A stretch of 64,000 bases of DNA from an uncultured Veillonellaceae bacterium (lineage in GTDB: Bacteria > Bacillota > Negativicutes > JARBTT01): contig CAWDTA010000005.1 of the NCBI GenBank assembly GCA_963805085.1, forward strand, positions 480,001 through 544,000, read 5' to 3'. Under the pieces are notes generated by a model. The model was not told the DNA's origin and did no database searches. It saw nothing but the letters and a program-made list of their open reading frames with translations. Positions 49,873-63,686 of the stretch are shown here, in pieces. The position numbers and the translations under genes were made by a program. Every line of letters starts with the position of its first letter. Position 1 is the first letter of the stretch.

Positions 49873-50089
49873 CTAACTCAGCACAGACCAAAGAATTAGT
49901 ATGCTACTGATTAAAATCATTAGTAATGACCCTTGCCTCAGAGTTTCCACTTTTATTTGATAAAGTTTCTTTAGCTTCTAGCACAAGCGCTAATAAAGGG
50001 GCGGTAATGATTGCATAGCCAAAACCTGTTACTGTCTGTAAAAAACCAGACAATATAAAAACGCTAAAAATATATAATTCTATGATCAC
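49873..50089 (-). pseudogene. TauE/SafE-family permease with large internal deletion
   Basis: N-terminus SGFLQTVTGFGYAIITAPLL is joined in another frame to the C-terminal QIKVETLRQGSLLMILISSILILWSVLS*. Confidence 0.75.
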
Positions 50090-50184
50090 CGTAATCTACT
50101 CCTAAACTTCATAACAGGAATATCCACAAGTTCACATTGGTCTCAAAATGTTTTTCATGCGAGACTTTCGGCTAAGTGAGACTT

Positions 50185-50652
50185 TTATAATCTTGCTTTT
50201 CCGGTTATTAGTCTAATTTCTATCTTAAGAACTTCTGTTTTTTCAAAAGCATTGTCAATATAACGTAATCCAGCTTCATAAAATTCAGGACTATATTTTT
50301 TAAGTATGGCTTTGAGTCCTTGTCGTTTTTCTTCTAGATCTTTAACAATAATAATTTTTCCGAATATGATAGCTGACTTATATTTAGTGGAAAATACTGC
50401 TGGCATTAGTTCTACTGCATCAATTACATTAAAACAAACGCTATCACAGTTTGATATATTATCCAATTTATGACCTTCCAAAGCGCAGTGCAAATAGATT
50501 ACTTCATCGGTATAGACAAAACTCATTGGAACCCCATATGGAGTATTGCTTTTACTTACAGTTGATAATATCCCAAACGGCGCATTCTCTAAAAGTGTTT
50601 TTGTATCCTCTTCAAGCATTACTCTGTCTTTTCTTCTCATCTCTCTAAACAT
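50185..50652 (-). CDS. Pyridoxamine 5'-phosphate oxidase-like / NimA-family flavin protein
   Basis: MFREMRRKDR, PYGVPMSF, IYLHCALEGHKLDNI, ITGK. Confidence 0.88.
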   Translation of the reverse strand: MFREMRRKDRVMLEEDTKTLLENAPFGILSTVSKSNTPYGVPMSFVYTDEVIYLHCALEGHKLDNISNCDSVCFNVIDAVELMPAVFSTKYKSAIIFGKIIIVKDLEEKRQGLKAILKKYSPEFYEAGLRYIDNAFEKTEVLKIEIRLITGKARL

Positions 50653-50787
50653 ATTAAACCTCCAAATTTATCTTGATTTACTATATATAATAAAGATACA
50701 ATATAATCGGCTTTTACATAAGTTCCAATAGTAACATTTTTATAGAAGCCAATTTCAACTTGTTTTAAAGAAAGAGGAGATTCGCCT

Positions 50788-52197
50788 ATGCTGATATATA
50801 TTGATAAAGATGACAAAGCGCCTATTTATGAACAAATTTATATCTTTTTGCGGCAAAAAGTACTTTCTGGCTCTTTAAATTTTGGTGACAAACTTCCCGC
50901 AACGAGAAAACTAGCTGACGAATTATCGATTGCCCGTAATACTGTTGATAAGGCGTATCAACAACTTGTCGCGGAAGGCTATGTGACGTCAAAAGTCGGA
51001 AGTGGATTTGCTGTTAATAAAATTTCCATTGAATCCTCAGTCTCCAATCAAGGCGCTTCTAGTACCCATTCCTTGGAGAAAACGAAGACGCAGTCCGTTT
51101 CTCTGCGATATGATTTTTCACATGGAGCCATCGATAATTCCGTTTTTCCCTACAAGCAATGGAGAAAAAGTATAAACTACGCTCTGACACTGATGGAATC
51201 ATATTCTTGTATCCATTATCCGAGTCGGCAAGGTGAAGATTCTTTACGGCAAAGTATCTCGCTCTATTTGCAACAGTCAAGAGGTGTTTCTTGCAATGCT
51301 TCGCAAATTATCATCACCAGTGGTCAACAGTACTCTATGGAAATAATTGCAAACCTATTCGAGAACTCAAGTAAATGCTTTGCTATGGAAGACCCAGGAT
51401 ATGATGGAGTTCGTGTTGTGTTTCAGAATCACAATTACCAGGTGATGCCTATTCCAGTCGAAAAAGATGGTGTTTGCCTTGAGGCGATACAAAATTTAAA
51501 TACAGACCTTTTATATCTGACTCCATCACATCAATTTCCTACGGGTGCAGTTCTTTCCATTGCGAAACGTCATAAACTCCTGCAGTGGGCAGTTGATACA
51601 AATAGTTATCTAATTGAAGATGATTACGATAGTGAACTTCGTTATGATATAAATCCAATCCCCTCTTTGCAGTCATTAGATACGAAGGGCAGAACTATTT
51701 ATACTGGGACCTTTTCCAAATCACTTTCACCCGCAATTCGCGTGGCTTATATAGTGTTGCCCCAATCCTTAATGGATAGGTTTTATCGCTATTATTATCG
51801 CTATAATTCACAAGTTTCATTTTTACATCAGACTGTTCTTTCGCATTTCATATCAAGCGGAAATTATGAAAAACATATAAATCGTTTACGCACCTTATAT
51901 CGTAAGCGGCAAAACGCTATGCTGGCTGCATTAGATACAGTTTTCGGTGATACTGCTGACATCTTTGGTGAAGGAGCTGGGAAGCATATTCTTTTAACGT
52001 TAAAAAATTCACTTCCTCAGGATGAGCTGATAAAGCGAGCTGAAAATATTGGCATTCGGGTATATTCTACTAAAGTGAACTATATGAATCCAGCGGATTG
52101 TCCGTATTCTCAGATTTTACTGGGGTTTGCTACCGTTCCAACTTGTGAGTTGAAATCAATTTTGGAGGAATTGCATCATGTTTGGAGCAAGGATTGA
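50788..52197 (+). CDS. MocR/PdxR-family PLP-dependent GntR regulator
   Basis: KLPATRKLA..LSIARNTV, EDPGY, TPSHQFPTG, IEDDYDSE, GTFSKSLSP. Confidence 0.93.
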   Translation: MLIYIDKDDKAPIYEQIYIFLRQKVLSGSLNFGDKLPATRKLADELSIARNTVDKAYQQLVAEGYVTSKVGSGFAVNKISIESSVSNQGASSTHSLEKTKTQSVSLRYDFSHGAIDNSVFPYKQWRKSINYALTLMESYSCIHYPSRQGEDSLRQSISLYLQQSRGVSCNASQIIITSGQQYSMEIIANLFENSSKCFAMEDPGYDGVRVVFQNHNYQVMPIPVEKDGVCLEAIQNLNTDLLYLTPSHQFPTGAVLSIAKRHKLLQWAVDTNSYLIEDDYDSELRYDINPIPSLQSLDTKGRTIYTGTFSKSLSPAIRVAYIVLPQSLMDRFYRYYYRYNSQVSFLHQTVLSHFISSGNYEKHINRLRTLYRKRQNAMLAALDTVFGDTADIFGEGAGKHILLTLKNSLPQDELIKRAENIGIRVYSTKVNYMNPADCPYSQILLGFATVPTCELKSILEELHHVWSKD

Positions 52198-52230
52198 AAA
52201 ACTAAATAACAAAGTAATGGTTGTCTTTGG

Positions 52231-52280
52231 CTCAAAACATCAAATTACTAGAAAATTAGCAGTTTAGCATGGTAAAATAA
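52231..52280 (+). repeat. Repeat family 1, degenerate 5' copy F (probable promoter of yjbR)
   Basis: ctcaaaacatcaaattactagaaaattagcagtttagcatggtaaaataa, with extended -10 TGGTAAAAT. Confidence 0.6.
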
Positions 52281-52346
52281 GTTAAGTAAACTTAAGGGGA
52301 TGTTTAGTATGACGAGAATGCAGCGGGAAAAAGAAGGACAAATTGT

Positions 52347-52727
52347 ATGACGGAAAAGAAACTTAATTTGGATTCCAAAGATTTATTTTTATATTGCCTA
52401 ACCAAACTTGGAGCAATTGAGGATTATCCTTTCGGTCCCGATGTCATAGTTATCAAGGTAGCATCCAAGATGTTTGCACTCATATCGCGTAGGAACGGGC
52501 AGGACAACCTTTCACTTAAATGTGACCCTGTCCATTCTGAGGTCCTAAGGCAACAATATCCAAGTATAATACCTGGATACCATTTGAATAAGCGCCATTG
52601 GAATACATTAGTGCTTGATGGTAGTATTTCAGAAAGAGAGATAAGAGGCTTAATCGATCATTCGTATGAGCTAGTATATAAATCTCTTCCACGGAAAAAG
52701 AGGGCAGAATATCAGGAAGACTGGTAA
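52347..52727 (+). CDS. MmcQ/YjbR-family DNA-binding protein
   Basis: DYPFG, KMFAL, LKCDP, PGYHLNKRHWNT, IDHSYELV. Confidence 0.92.
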   Translation: MTEKKLNLDSKDLFLYCLTKLGAIEDYPFGPDVIVIKVASKMFALISRRNGQDNLSLKCDPVHSEVLRQQYPSIIPGYHLNKRHWNTLVLDGSISEREIRGLIDHSYELVYKSLPRKKRAEYQEDW

Positions 52728-52805
52728 TAAGAACGATAAGTAAGAGCTAAAATTGAAATAATAAAACAACAACTTCTGTTGACAATTTGACAGAGGTTAG
52801 CTTAT

Positions 52806-52863
52806 ATACATTTAATGAAAACGATTATCATTAACAATGAATAATCATTTTCATTAAATGTAT
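52806..52863. promoter_or_regulatory. 58 bp palindrome made of two inverted Fur-like boxes
   Basis: atacatttAATGAAAACGATTATCATT-aac-AATGAATAATCATTTTCATTaaatgtat. Confidence 0.6.
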
Positions 52864-52980
52864 TGTCTTTATAGGAAAATTGTACTATAATATGAACAAA
52901 TAAAAAAAAAGTTCAATTGCTCAAGTAATCGAATTTACATAGGCGATGATTTTAGTGAGGGGAGGCAGTTCAGATGAATT

Positions 52981-53577
52981 ATGAAAAATAGATATTTTGA
53001 AATTTTAAGCGTCTTTTCGACTATCGTCGCAAAGCATGGAATTAATAAAACTACGATGCGCGATGTAGCAGAGCAAACAGGCTATAGTATCGGTACTATT
53101 TATAATGAATTTAGCAATAAAGAAGCGCTGGTTGATGGATTGTTTAACCAGAAAAAGTTGGAAGTAGAGGAATGGCTCGCCTCTTTGTGCGGTGTTTGTC
53201 AGGCTTCAGGAGAAATGCGACTGCGTCGTTTTATGCTTGGTTATGTGCAGGAATTCAATCAGAAAGTACGGCAGGATGTTGCTTTTGCTGAGATTGTTAA
53301 GGAAGCACGATATTTTCGCTATATTGGTCTAAAAACAGTGGACTTTAATCAGTTTGTGCGCAGTAAAGTACTGGACATTATTGAAAATATTTTACAAGTA
53401 GGAGTAAAAGAAAAACTTTTTTATATTACAGATATTTTACTTACTGCTAATTTAATACTAAACGCCTTTGCTGTTTATTTGCTGCCATCTTTAATTTTAG
53501 AAAAAGAGTTCGAGCATATTTATAAAGAAGCTGAAGCTATGCTGGAGTTAATCATAAAGGCCCTTCTGACTAAATAA
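52981..53577 (+). CDS. TetR/AcrR-family regulator
   Basis: [34 protein letters not shown]. Confidence 0.9.
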   Translation: MKNRYFEILSVFSTIVAKHGINKTTMRDVAEQTGYSIGTIYNEFSNKEALVDGLFNQKKLEVEEWLASLCGVCQASGEMRLRRFMLGYVQEFNQKVRQDVAFAEIVKEARYFRYIGLKTVDFNQFVRSKVLDIIENILQVGVKEKLFYITDILLTANLILNAFAVYLLPSLILEKEFEHIYKEAEAMLELIIKALLTK

Positions 53578-53602
53578 AATTTTCAATATGGAGGAATTAC
53601 AC

Positions 53603-55321
53603 ATGATACAATTGCGTAATATTAAAACATCTTCAAAAATTATGGGACTCATTATATTTATGGCTTTTTTTCTAGCGGTAGTTGGTTATGTCGGACATTA
53701 TGCCGCAGGAACATTAGCAAATAAAATGGATGATATGTATAAAAATCGATTACAGCCTATTGAGTGGTTGAATGCTAGTCGTGCAGAAAGCCGGAGAAAT
53801 GAAGCTTTGACGTTAGCTATTTTTCTTAGTCATGACCCAGCTCAGCAACAGACTATTTATAAAACCATTGATGAACATAAAAAAATTTATAGCGGCTTAT
53901 TAGAAAAATATCAGCAGACGAATTTAGATTCGTTTGAGCGACAAAACTTGGCAAAAATTATGGATGAGACCAAGGTATATCGTGATGATTGGCAAAAATC
54001 ATTAGATTTAGCGATGGCAGGTAAGCAGGAGGAGGGACATGCTTATTTTTACAAAAATGCGAATAGTCATTTAGATACCATTAATAAATTACTAGATGAT
54101 TTGGTTGAACACAATAGCAAAATTGCCGAGGAAGAAAAACAGAAAAGTGAAGAAATCGCACTGTATAACGATCGGATCAGTATGGCCGTAACTGCGATTG
54201 CAGTACTCCTATCCAGTATTTTAGGATGGTTGATTGCAAGAGTGATTGTGACGCCACTGGCAAGTTTACTTACGGAGGTTCATAGTTTGGCAGCCGGAGA
54301 GCTAAAAAACAGAAAAGTGCATGAAGTCTATTATCAAGATGAGGTCGGACAATTGACTAAAGAATTTGATAGTATGGCGAGTCATTTACATAAGTTAGTG
54401 AAAAACATTTCAGATGCTTCTAAGCAATTGGCTGCGTCTTCGGTAGAGTTGAATACTGGTGCTGAAGAAGCGGCGAAAGTTACTGAACAAATAACAGGGG
54501 CAATTGAAGAAGTAGCACAGGGCGCACAAAGCCAGTCGGTGGTAATTAATGAAACAGTACTAAGCGTGGAGCAGATGGTTGCAGCTATTACGCATATTGC
54601 TGATAATTCCAATTCGGTGTCTGAAGCAGTTTCTAAGACTGTTGACGCCGCAATGGCGGGGGCTAAGTCCGCAGAATCTGTAGCGGTGCAAATGAGTAGT
54701 ATCGAAGAAACTGTAGAATCATCGGCCGAAGCTGTTAAAAAACTCGGAGATCGTTCTCAAGAAATTGGACAAATCATTGATACTATTTCTGGTATTGCCA
54801 ACCAGACGAATTTATTAGCTTTAAATGCGGCCATTGAGGCGGCACGTGCTGGCGAAAATGGCAAAGGATTTTCTGTCGTAGCCGAAGAAGTTCGAAAATT
54901 GGCGGAACAATCCAAGGATGCCGCTGCGAAAATTGGAGCGATGATCAGCGAGGTGCAGAATGAAACGGATAAGGCTGTGACAGCGATGAATAAAGGTAGC
55001 CAAGAAGTGAAAGTAGGCGCTCAAGTGGTAGCAAGTGCTGGTGAAAATTTCAGGGAAATTACTTCTTTGGTAAACGATGTTTCATCTCAGAGCATGGAAA
55101 TTTCAGCAGCTATTGAAGAAATGTCAGCAAGCAGTGAGCAAATATCAACTTCGGTTAAAAATATTGATCAAGTCGGAAGACGGGCGGCAGGAAAAACCCA
55201 AACAGTTTCTGCGGCCACGGAAGAGCATTCCGCGTCAATTGAAGAAATTTTGGCTGCTAGCCAGTCCTTGTCTAATACAGCCAAAACGTTGCACGATGCG
55301 GTTGAATTTTTCAAGGTATAA
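53603..55321 (+). CDS. Methyl-accepting chemotaxis protein with 4-helix-bundle sensor
   Basis: [12 protein letters not shown] 4HB-type start, HAMP, MCP hairpin. ATG 53603 follows GGAGG. Confidence 0.95.
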   Translation: MIQLRNIKTSSKIMGLIIFMAFFLAVVGYVGHYAAGTLANKMDDMYKNRLQPIEWLNASRAESRRNEALTLAIFLSHDPAQQQTIYKTIDEHKKIYSGLLEKYQQTNLDSFERQNLAKIMDETKVYRDDWQKSLDLAMAGKQEEGHAYFYKNANSHLDTINKLLDDLVEHNSKIAEEEKQKSEEIALYNDRISMAVTAIAVLLSSILGWLIARVIVTPLASLLTEVHSLAAGELKNRKVHEVYYQDEVGQLTKEFDSMASHLHKLVKNISDASKQLAASSVELNTGAEEAAKVTEQITGAIEEVAQGAQSQSVVINETVLSVEQMVAAITHIADNSNSVSEAVSKTVDAAMAGAKSAESVAVQMSSIEETVESSAEAVKKLGDRSQEIGQIIDTISGIANQTNLLALNAAIEAARAGENGKGFSVVAEEVRKLAEQSKDAAAKIGAMISEVQNETDKAVTAMNKGSQEVKVGAQVVASAGENFREITSLVNDVSSQSMEISAAIEEMSASSEQISTSVKNIDQVGRRAAGKTQTVSAATEEHSASIEEILAASQSLSNTAKTLHDAVEFFKV

Positions 55322-55331
55322 AAGAAAAATT

Positions 55332-55370
55332 AAAAGTGGAAAAATCGTAAATGATTTTTCCACTTTTTTT
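55332..55370 (+). terminator. Intrinsic terminator
   Basis: aaaagtggaaaaatc...gatttttccactttttt. Confidence 0.8.
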
Positions 55371-55715
55371 ATGTACGCAAATTTTTCTGAAATATGCATT
55401 TCTAGTTCCATAACAAGAAGCTTGTCGATTTGTTGTCCAAGCTAGGGAATGTGCTGAGAGTAGATGGATTAATGTATGCAAAATATTTTATTCTTTTTTA
55501 TATCATTCCGAATATACATAACGTAGGATGTTTCTTAAAGCACAGAAAAAATCATTGCTCAAATTGTAATGCAAGGAGGGCGATTGCCGATGCGAATGGA
55601 GAGGTAGTTTGCCAGTAGAACGTTGCCTAGGTAGTAAGACAAGTAGTGATTGATCTATTAACAAAAAGAAATGACATTATTGATTGATTAAAAAATTTAT
55701 TAAAGGAGTGGAATC

Positions 55716-56450
55716 ATGGCAAGTTTATTATGGGGTGAATTTATTGGAACGGCGGTACTTTTGGCTTTTGGCTGTGGCGTTGTAGCGAACGTATCGTTGA
55801 AGGAATCAAAAGGTCTCGGCGGCGGGCCGATTGTGGTTTATACCGGATGGGCGATGGGCGTTATCATGGGGGTTACTTGTAGCTTGGCGATTGGTAATAC
55901 GGGTGATTTAAATTGCGCGGTTACTTTCTATAAATTATTGATGGGGATTTATACTGTGCCATTGGCGATTAATATTATGATCGTACAAGTTCTCGGCGGT
56001 GTTCTGGGTGGCGCTTTAGTATGGCTTGCGTATTTGCCACATTGGAAAGTTACGCAAGATAAAACTGCTAAACTGGGAGTCTTCTGTACGATTCCTGCGA
56101 TTCGTAGTTATGGTGCAAATGCACTTTGTGAAGGGATTGCTAGCGCATTATTGTTCTTGATTTTCTTATCACTTGGCAGTAAATTTGTTTCTGGAGCGTC
56201 TGGATTCCCAGCTGGATTTTCTACTTATATGTGTGGTTTGGCAGTTTGGGCAGTGGGCTTATCATTCTGCGGGCCTACCGGATATGCTGTAAATCCTGCT
56301 CGTGACCTTGGTCCTCGCATTGCACATGCGATTTTGCCGATTGCAGGCAAAGGTAGCTCGGATTGGAGTTATTCTTGGGTGCCGATTGTTGCGCCAATGG
56401 CTGGGGCTTTTGTGGCATTCATTATCGCGATGATGTTTGATATTATTTAA
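55716..56450 (+). CDS. glpF: Aquaglyceroporin (glycerol facilitator), copy 1
   Basis: GEFIGT, DLNCAVT (loop B), TGYAVNPARDLGPR (loop E), YSWVPIVAP. Confidence 0.92.
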   Translation: MASLLWGEFIGTAVLLAFGCGVVANVSLKESKGLGGGPIVVYTGWAMGVIMGVTCSLAIGNTGDLNCAVTFYKLLMGIYTVPLAINIMIVQVLGGVLGGALVWLAYLPHWKVTQDKTAKLGVFCTIPAIRSYGANALCEGIASALLFLIFLSLGSKFVSGASGFPAGFSTYMCGLAVWAVGLSFCGPTGYAVNPARDLGPRIAHAILPIAGKGSSDWSYSWVPIVAPMAGAFVAFIIAMMFDII

Positions 56451-56527
56451 ACCTAAAATCCATTTGATTCATCAAATTCTAAAAAAATTAAGGTTTATAA
56501 ATATATAGTTGACGAGGAGTGGCTTAA

Positions 56528-58039
<1,512 letters not shown>

Positions 58040-58063
58040 GTTCATAACCTTTGTGGATTGAAT

Positions 58064-58109
58064 AGAGAATCCCTTTGTTTTCGAGTTAGCGATTGCAGAG
58101 GGGTTCTTT
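58064..58109 (+). terminator. Hairpin after glpK copy 1
   Basis: agagaatccctttg...cagaggggttcttt. Confidence 0.6.
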
Positions 58110-58339
58110 CCTCTTTGTTAATGTTAGAAATTGATCAAAAGGTATATCCTAATTTAAAATTTAGTTTTAAAAATAAATTGCTGTAAAATATGTATTTTTA
58201 TAGAGAACTTCTAGAATAATAACATAGTCTGCTCGAGTTTGTGATTGGATTCAATGGTGAAAAAATTATTTTTGAGAAGTGTAAAAGAAGCTAATTTATA
58301 AGGGGGTATCGCTGATTTCTATCAATGAACAAATGAGGA

Positions 58340-60645
<2,306 letters not shown>

Positions 60646-60656
60646 ATACAGTCTCA

Positions 60657-60697
60657 AAGAGAATCTCCTTTACGGTGCTTTATAAGGAGATTCTCTT
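60657..60697 (+). terminator. Hairpin between glpK copy 2 and glpA
   Basis: aagagaatctcctt...aaggagattctctt. Confidence 0.7.
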
Positions 60698-60817
60698 AAG
60701 AAACAGCAATCATATATTAATTTTATAGTAAGGGTGACAATGCACAATGAGAAAAAGTAATGAAAATGCATTGGCGAATAAGGGATATGTCATTCGTATT
60801 TTTGGATAAAAGGGGCA

Positions 60818-62440
60818 ATGGGGATGGAAAAAGCAACGGTAGTTGTAATTGGTGGCGGAGCCACAGGGGTTGGAATTTTTCGTGATTTAGCAATGCGTGG
60901 GGTAGATGTGCTTTTGTTAGAACAGCGTGATATGGTGCATGGTACTAGTTCGCGTTATCATGGTCTTTTGCATAGTGGTGGACGTTATGCGGTGAAAGAT
61001 GCTGAAGCTGGTAGAGAATGCATCGAAGAGAATAAGATTCTTCGGAAGATTGGCAGGCATTGCGTGGAAGCGACAGAAGGATTTTTTGTTCGTTTACCAG
61101 AAGATGATGAAACTTTTGAGGAAAAGTGGGTAGAAGCTTGCCAGAAGATTGGTATTCCAGCTGTGCAAATTGCGCCTGAAGAAGCGTGGCGATTAGAACC
61201 AAATTTAACGCATCGAGTGAAGTCGGTGTATCGCGTGCCTGATGCAGCGATTGATGGGTTCCGTATGGTCTGGCAAAACGTTGCTTCTGCTAAACGATAT
61301 GGTGGCAGGCTAAAGACATATACAGAAGTCATTAGTATTGAACATAGCAATAATCATGTCGTTGGTGTCCTCGCTCGAAATTTTATCACAGGTGAGGAAG
61401 AATTTATTGCTTGTGATTTTGTTGTGAGTGCAGTGGGATCCTGGGCGGGAGAAATTGCTCGTTTAGCTGGAATTGATGTACATGTACAGCCTGATAGGGG
61501 AACTTTAATCGCATTTAATCATCGGTTGTCTAGTCGGATTATTAATAGGCTACGTCCTGCCTCTGATGGTGATATCTTTGTACCGCACGGGTCTATTACG
61601 ATTTTAGGTACGACCTCTTCGGCGGCGAAACAACCCGATGATACGATACCTTTGACGGCGGAAGTTGTAGAATTGCTTAAAATTGGTGAGGCTACATTTG
61701 AAAATTTAAGGGACTATCGTATGCTGCGTGTTTTTTCTGGGACTAGGCCACTTTACAGTGCTGATCCTATGGCAAAAGGACGTGGTGCTTCGCGTAATTT
61801 TGTTATTTTAGATCATGCGAAAGAGGGGCTAAATGGTTTTGCTAGTATTGTTGGCGGTAAGTTCACTACTTATCGGTTGATGGCGGAAAAAATGACGGAT
61901 TTCATTTGTAAATATTTGAAGGTAACAGCATCTTGCCGTACAGCTGAGGAACCTTTGGTTGAGGTGATTTCTCCACAACTATTGGCGAAAGCACGGCTGT
62001 ATTTCCCGGCTTATGGTACGGATTTAGCTGCTTCACGTCTAGGCGGGGCAGGCTTGGAACGGGTAGTCAAACGTATGGAGGATGATCCACAAAAAAGTCA
62101 GCTTGTTTGTGAGTGCGAAAATGTTACATTGGCGGAAGTGGAAGAAACCGCTCATGATGGTACAAGTTTTACCCTGAGTGATGTTCGGCGAAAAACTCGT
62201 ATGGGGATGGGCACTTGCCAAGGTGCATTTTGTACCTATCGCAGTGTAGGGGCGATAGAAGCCAATGGTCTGAGTTTTGGCAAAGATAATATCAGTTTGT
62301 TCAAAGAGTTCTTACAAGCTCGTTGGCGAGGAATCCGACCAATTATGTGGGGCAATGTGATTAGAGAGATAGAGCTGACTCGTGGTATTTACGATGGAAC
62401 TTTGAATATAAATGGAGCGATTGAACATGAGAAAAGATGA
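60818..62440 (+). CDS. glpA: Anaerobic glycerol-3-phosphate dehydrogenase subunit A
   Basis: IGGGATG, HGLLHSGGRYAVKD, GGKFTTYRLMAE, C-terminal CECE...RMGMGTCQGAFC BFD-like domain. Confidence 0.95.
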   Translation: MGMEKATVVVIGGGATGVGIFRDLAMRGVDVLLLEQRDMVHGTSSRYHGLLHSGGRYAVKDAEAGRECIEENKILRKIGRHCVEATEGFFVRLPEDDETFEEKWVEACQKIGIPAVQIAPEEAWRLEPNLTHRVKSVYRVPDAAIDGFRMVWQNVASAKRYGGRLKTYTEVISIEHSNNHVVGVLARNFITGEEEFIACDFVVSAVGSWAGEIARLAGIDVHVQPDRGTLIAFNHRLSSRIINRLRPASDGDIFVPHGSITILGTTSSAAKQPDDTIPLTAEVVELLKIGEATFENLRDYRMLRVFSGTRPLYSADPMAKGRGASRNFVILDHAKEGLNGFASIVGGKFTTYRLMAEKMTDFICKYLKVTASCRTAEEPLVEVISPQLLAKARLYFPAYGTDLAASRLGGAGLERVVKRMEDDPQKSQLVCECENVTLAEVEETAHDGTSFTLSDVRRKTRMGMGTCQGAFCTYRSVGAIEANGLSFGKDNISLFKEFLQARWRGIRPIMWGNVIREIELTRGIYDGTLNINGAIEHEKR

Positions 62441-63674
62441 TGTGATTGTAATCGGCGGAGGTTTTGCCGGGTTGATCGCTGCAGCTGCTAGTGCAAAACG
62501 TGGTAAAAAGGTGACTTTGTTAAGTTTCGGAATGGGTACATTGGCAGTTGGCAGTGGAATCGTTGATATTCTGGGGTATAACAATGATGGTACAGCTGCT
62601 TTGACGCCGGAAGTAGCTGTCAAAATGGTAGAGGATGATCATCCTTATCATAAAATTGGTTTACAGGCAGTAAAAGAATCTGTGGATTTTTTCCTAGAAC
62701 TATGTAGGGAAGAAATGTATCCTTACATAGGAAGTTTGAATGAAATGAAATGGATACCAACAGCTTCTGGTACGCTAAAGCCAACTTGTCTTGTCCCAAA
62801 AACCCTAGATGTAGCTAGTTTAAAAGAGAGTGATACTATTTGTATTGTAGGTTTTCATTGCTTAAAGGATTATTATGCAGAATTAGTGTCTAAGAACTTA
62901 AAAACTAGCTTAGGTTCAGATAAGAAGTATGAAGTTGTTATGATAAATCATCAGTTTTCTGGTGGACGTGATGTAACAGTATTGGATCTTGCTCGTTGGC
63001 TAGATACTGAGGCTGGACGTGCAGAATGTATCAAGCAGTTGCAGAGTAAAGTAAAGCCAGGCTCAGTGGTCTTGGTACCACCGATATTAGGAACTACGCC
63101 AGATTATTTGGTGTTGGAAGCATTTGAAAAAGCAATTGGTTGCCGGTTTGTTGAAACGGTGACGGTTCCACCTTCGCTTAGCGGCTTACGGCTTAGGAGT
63201 ATGTTGATAAATCGTTTAAAAAAAATGGGTGTGCGGATTATTGAAAAGGCAAATGTGATTAAGTCAATTTTGGAAGAGCGGAAGTGTGTTGCGGTAGTGA
63301 CCGATGGGATAGATCGTCAGCGAAGTTATTACGCTCAAAACTTCATTTTAGCTACAGGTGGTTTTTATGGCGGCGGATTGATTTCTGCTGAATTAGGTGA
63401 AGTCAATGAGCCGATTTTTAATATTCCGATTCAAATTCCAATTGCTAAAGAAGAATGGTCTAATTTAAATTTATTTTCTAATAAAAAGCAGCCTTTTGCA
63501 AAAATTGGGATAACCACTGATGAGAAGATGCACCCATTAGATATAGAAGGTAACCTTTTGTTTGAAAATGTATTTGTTGCTGGTCGCAATTTGCAAGGGT
63601 ATGATTTTTGTTTTGAAAAATCAGGCAATGGTGTCGCTCTTGCTTCAGGTTATCAAGCGGCTATGTCGGTATAA
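62427..63674 (+). CDS. glpB: Anaerobic glycerol-3-phosphate dehydrogenase subunit B
   Basis: IGGGFAG, HPY, PPSLSGLRL, LATGGFYGGGL, EKSGNGVA. Confidence 0.93.
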   Translation: MRKDDVIVIGGGFAGLIAAAASAKRGKKVTLLSFGMGTLAVGSGIVDILGYNNDGTAALTPEVAVKMVEDDHPYHKIGLQAVKESVDFFLELCREEMYPYIGSLNEMKWIPTASGTLKPTCLVPKTLDVASLKESDTICIVGFHCLKDYYAELVSKNLKTSLGSDKKYEVVMINHQFSGGRDVTVLDLARWLDTEAGRAECIKQLQSKVKPGSVVLVPPILGTTPDYLVLEAFEKAIGCRFVETVTVPPSLSGLRLRSMLINRLKKMGVRIIEKANVIKSILEERKCVAVVTDGIDRQRSYYAQNFILATGGFYGGGLISAELGEVNEPIFNIPIQIPIAKEEWSNLNLFSNKKQPFAKIGITTDEKMHPLDIEGNLLFENVFVAGRNLQGYDFCFEKSGNGVALASGYQAAMSV

Positions 63675-63686
63675 GAAGGGGGATTC

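Noticed and set aside
55582-55607. RBS-like AAGGAGG followed by mini-ORF MRMER* in the glpF leader, or a GlpP antiterminator site
   Set aside because: No downstream terminator hairpin is seen before glpF and there is no glpP in the window. Too short to support.
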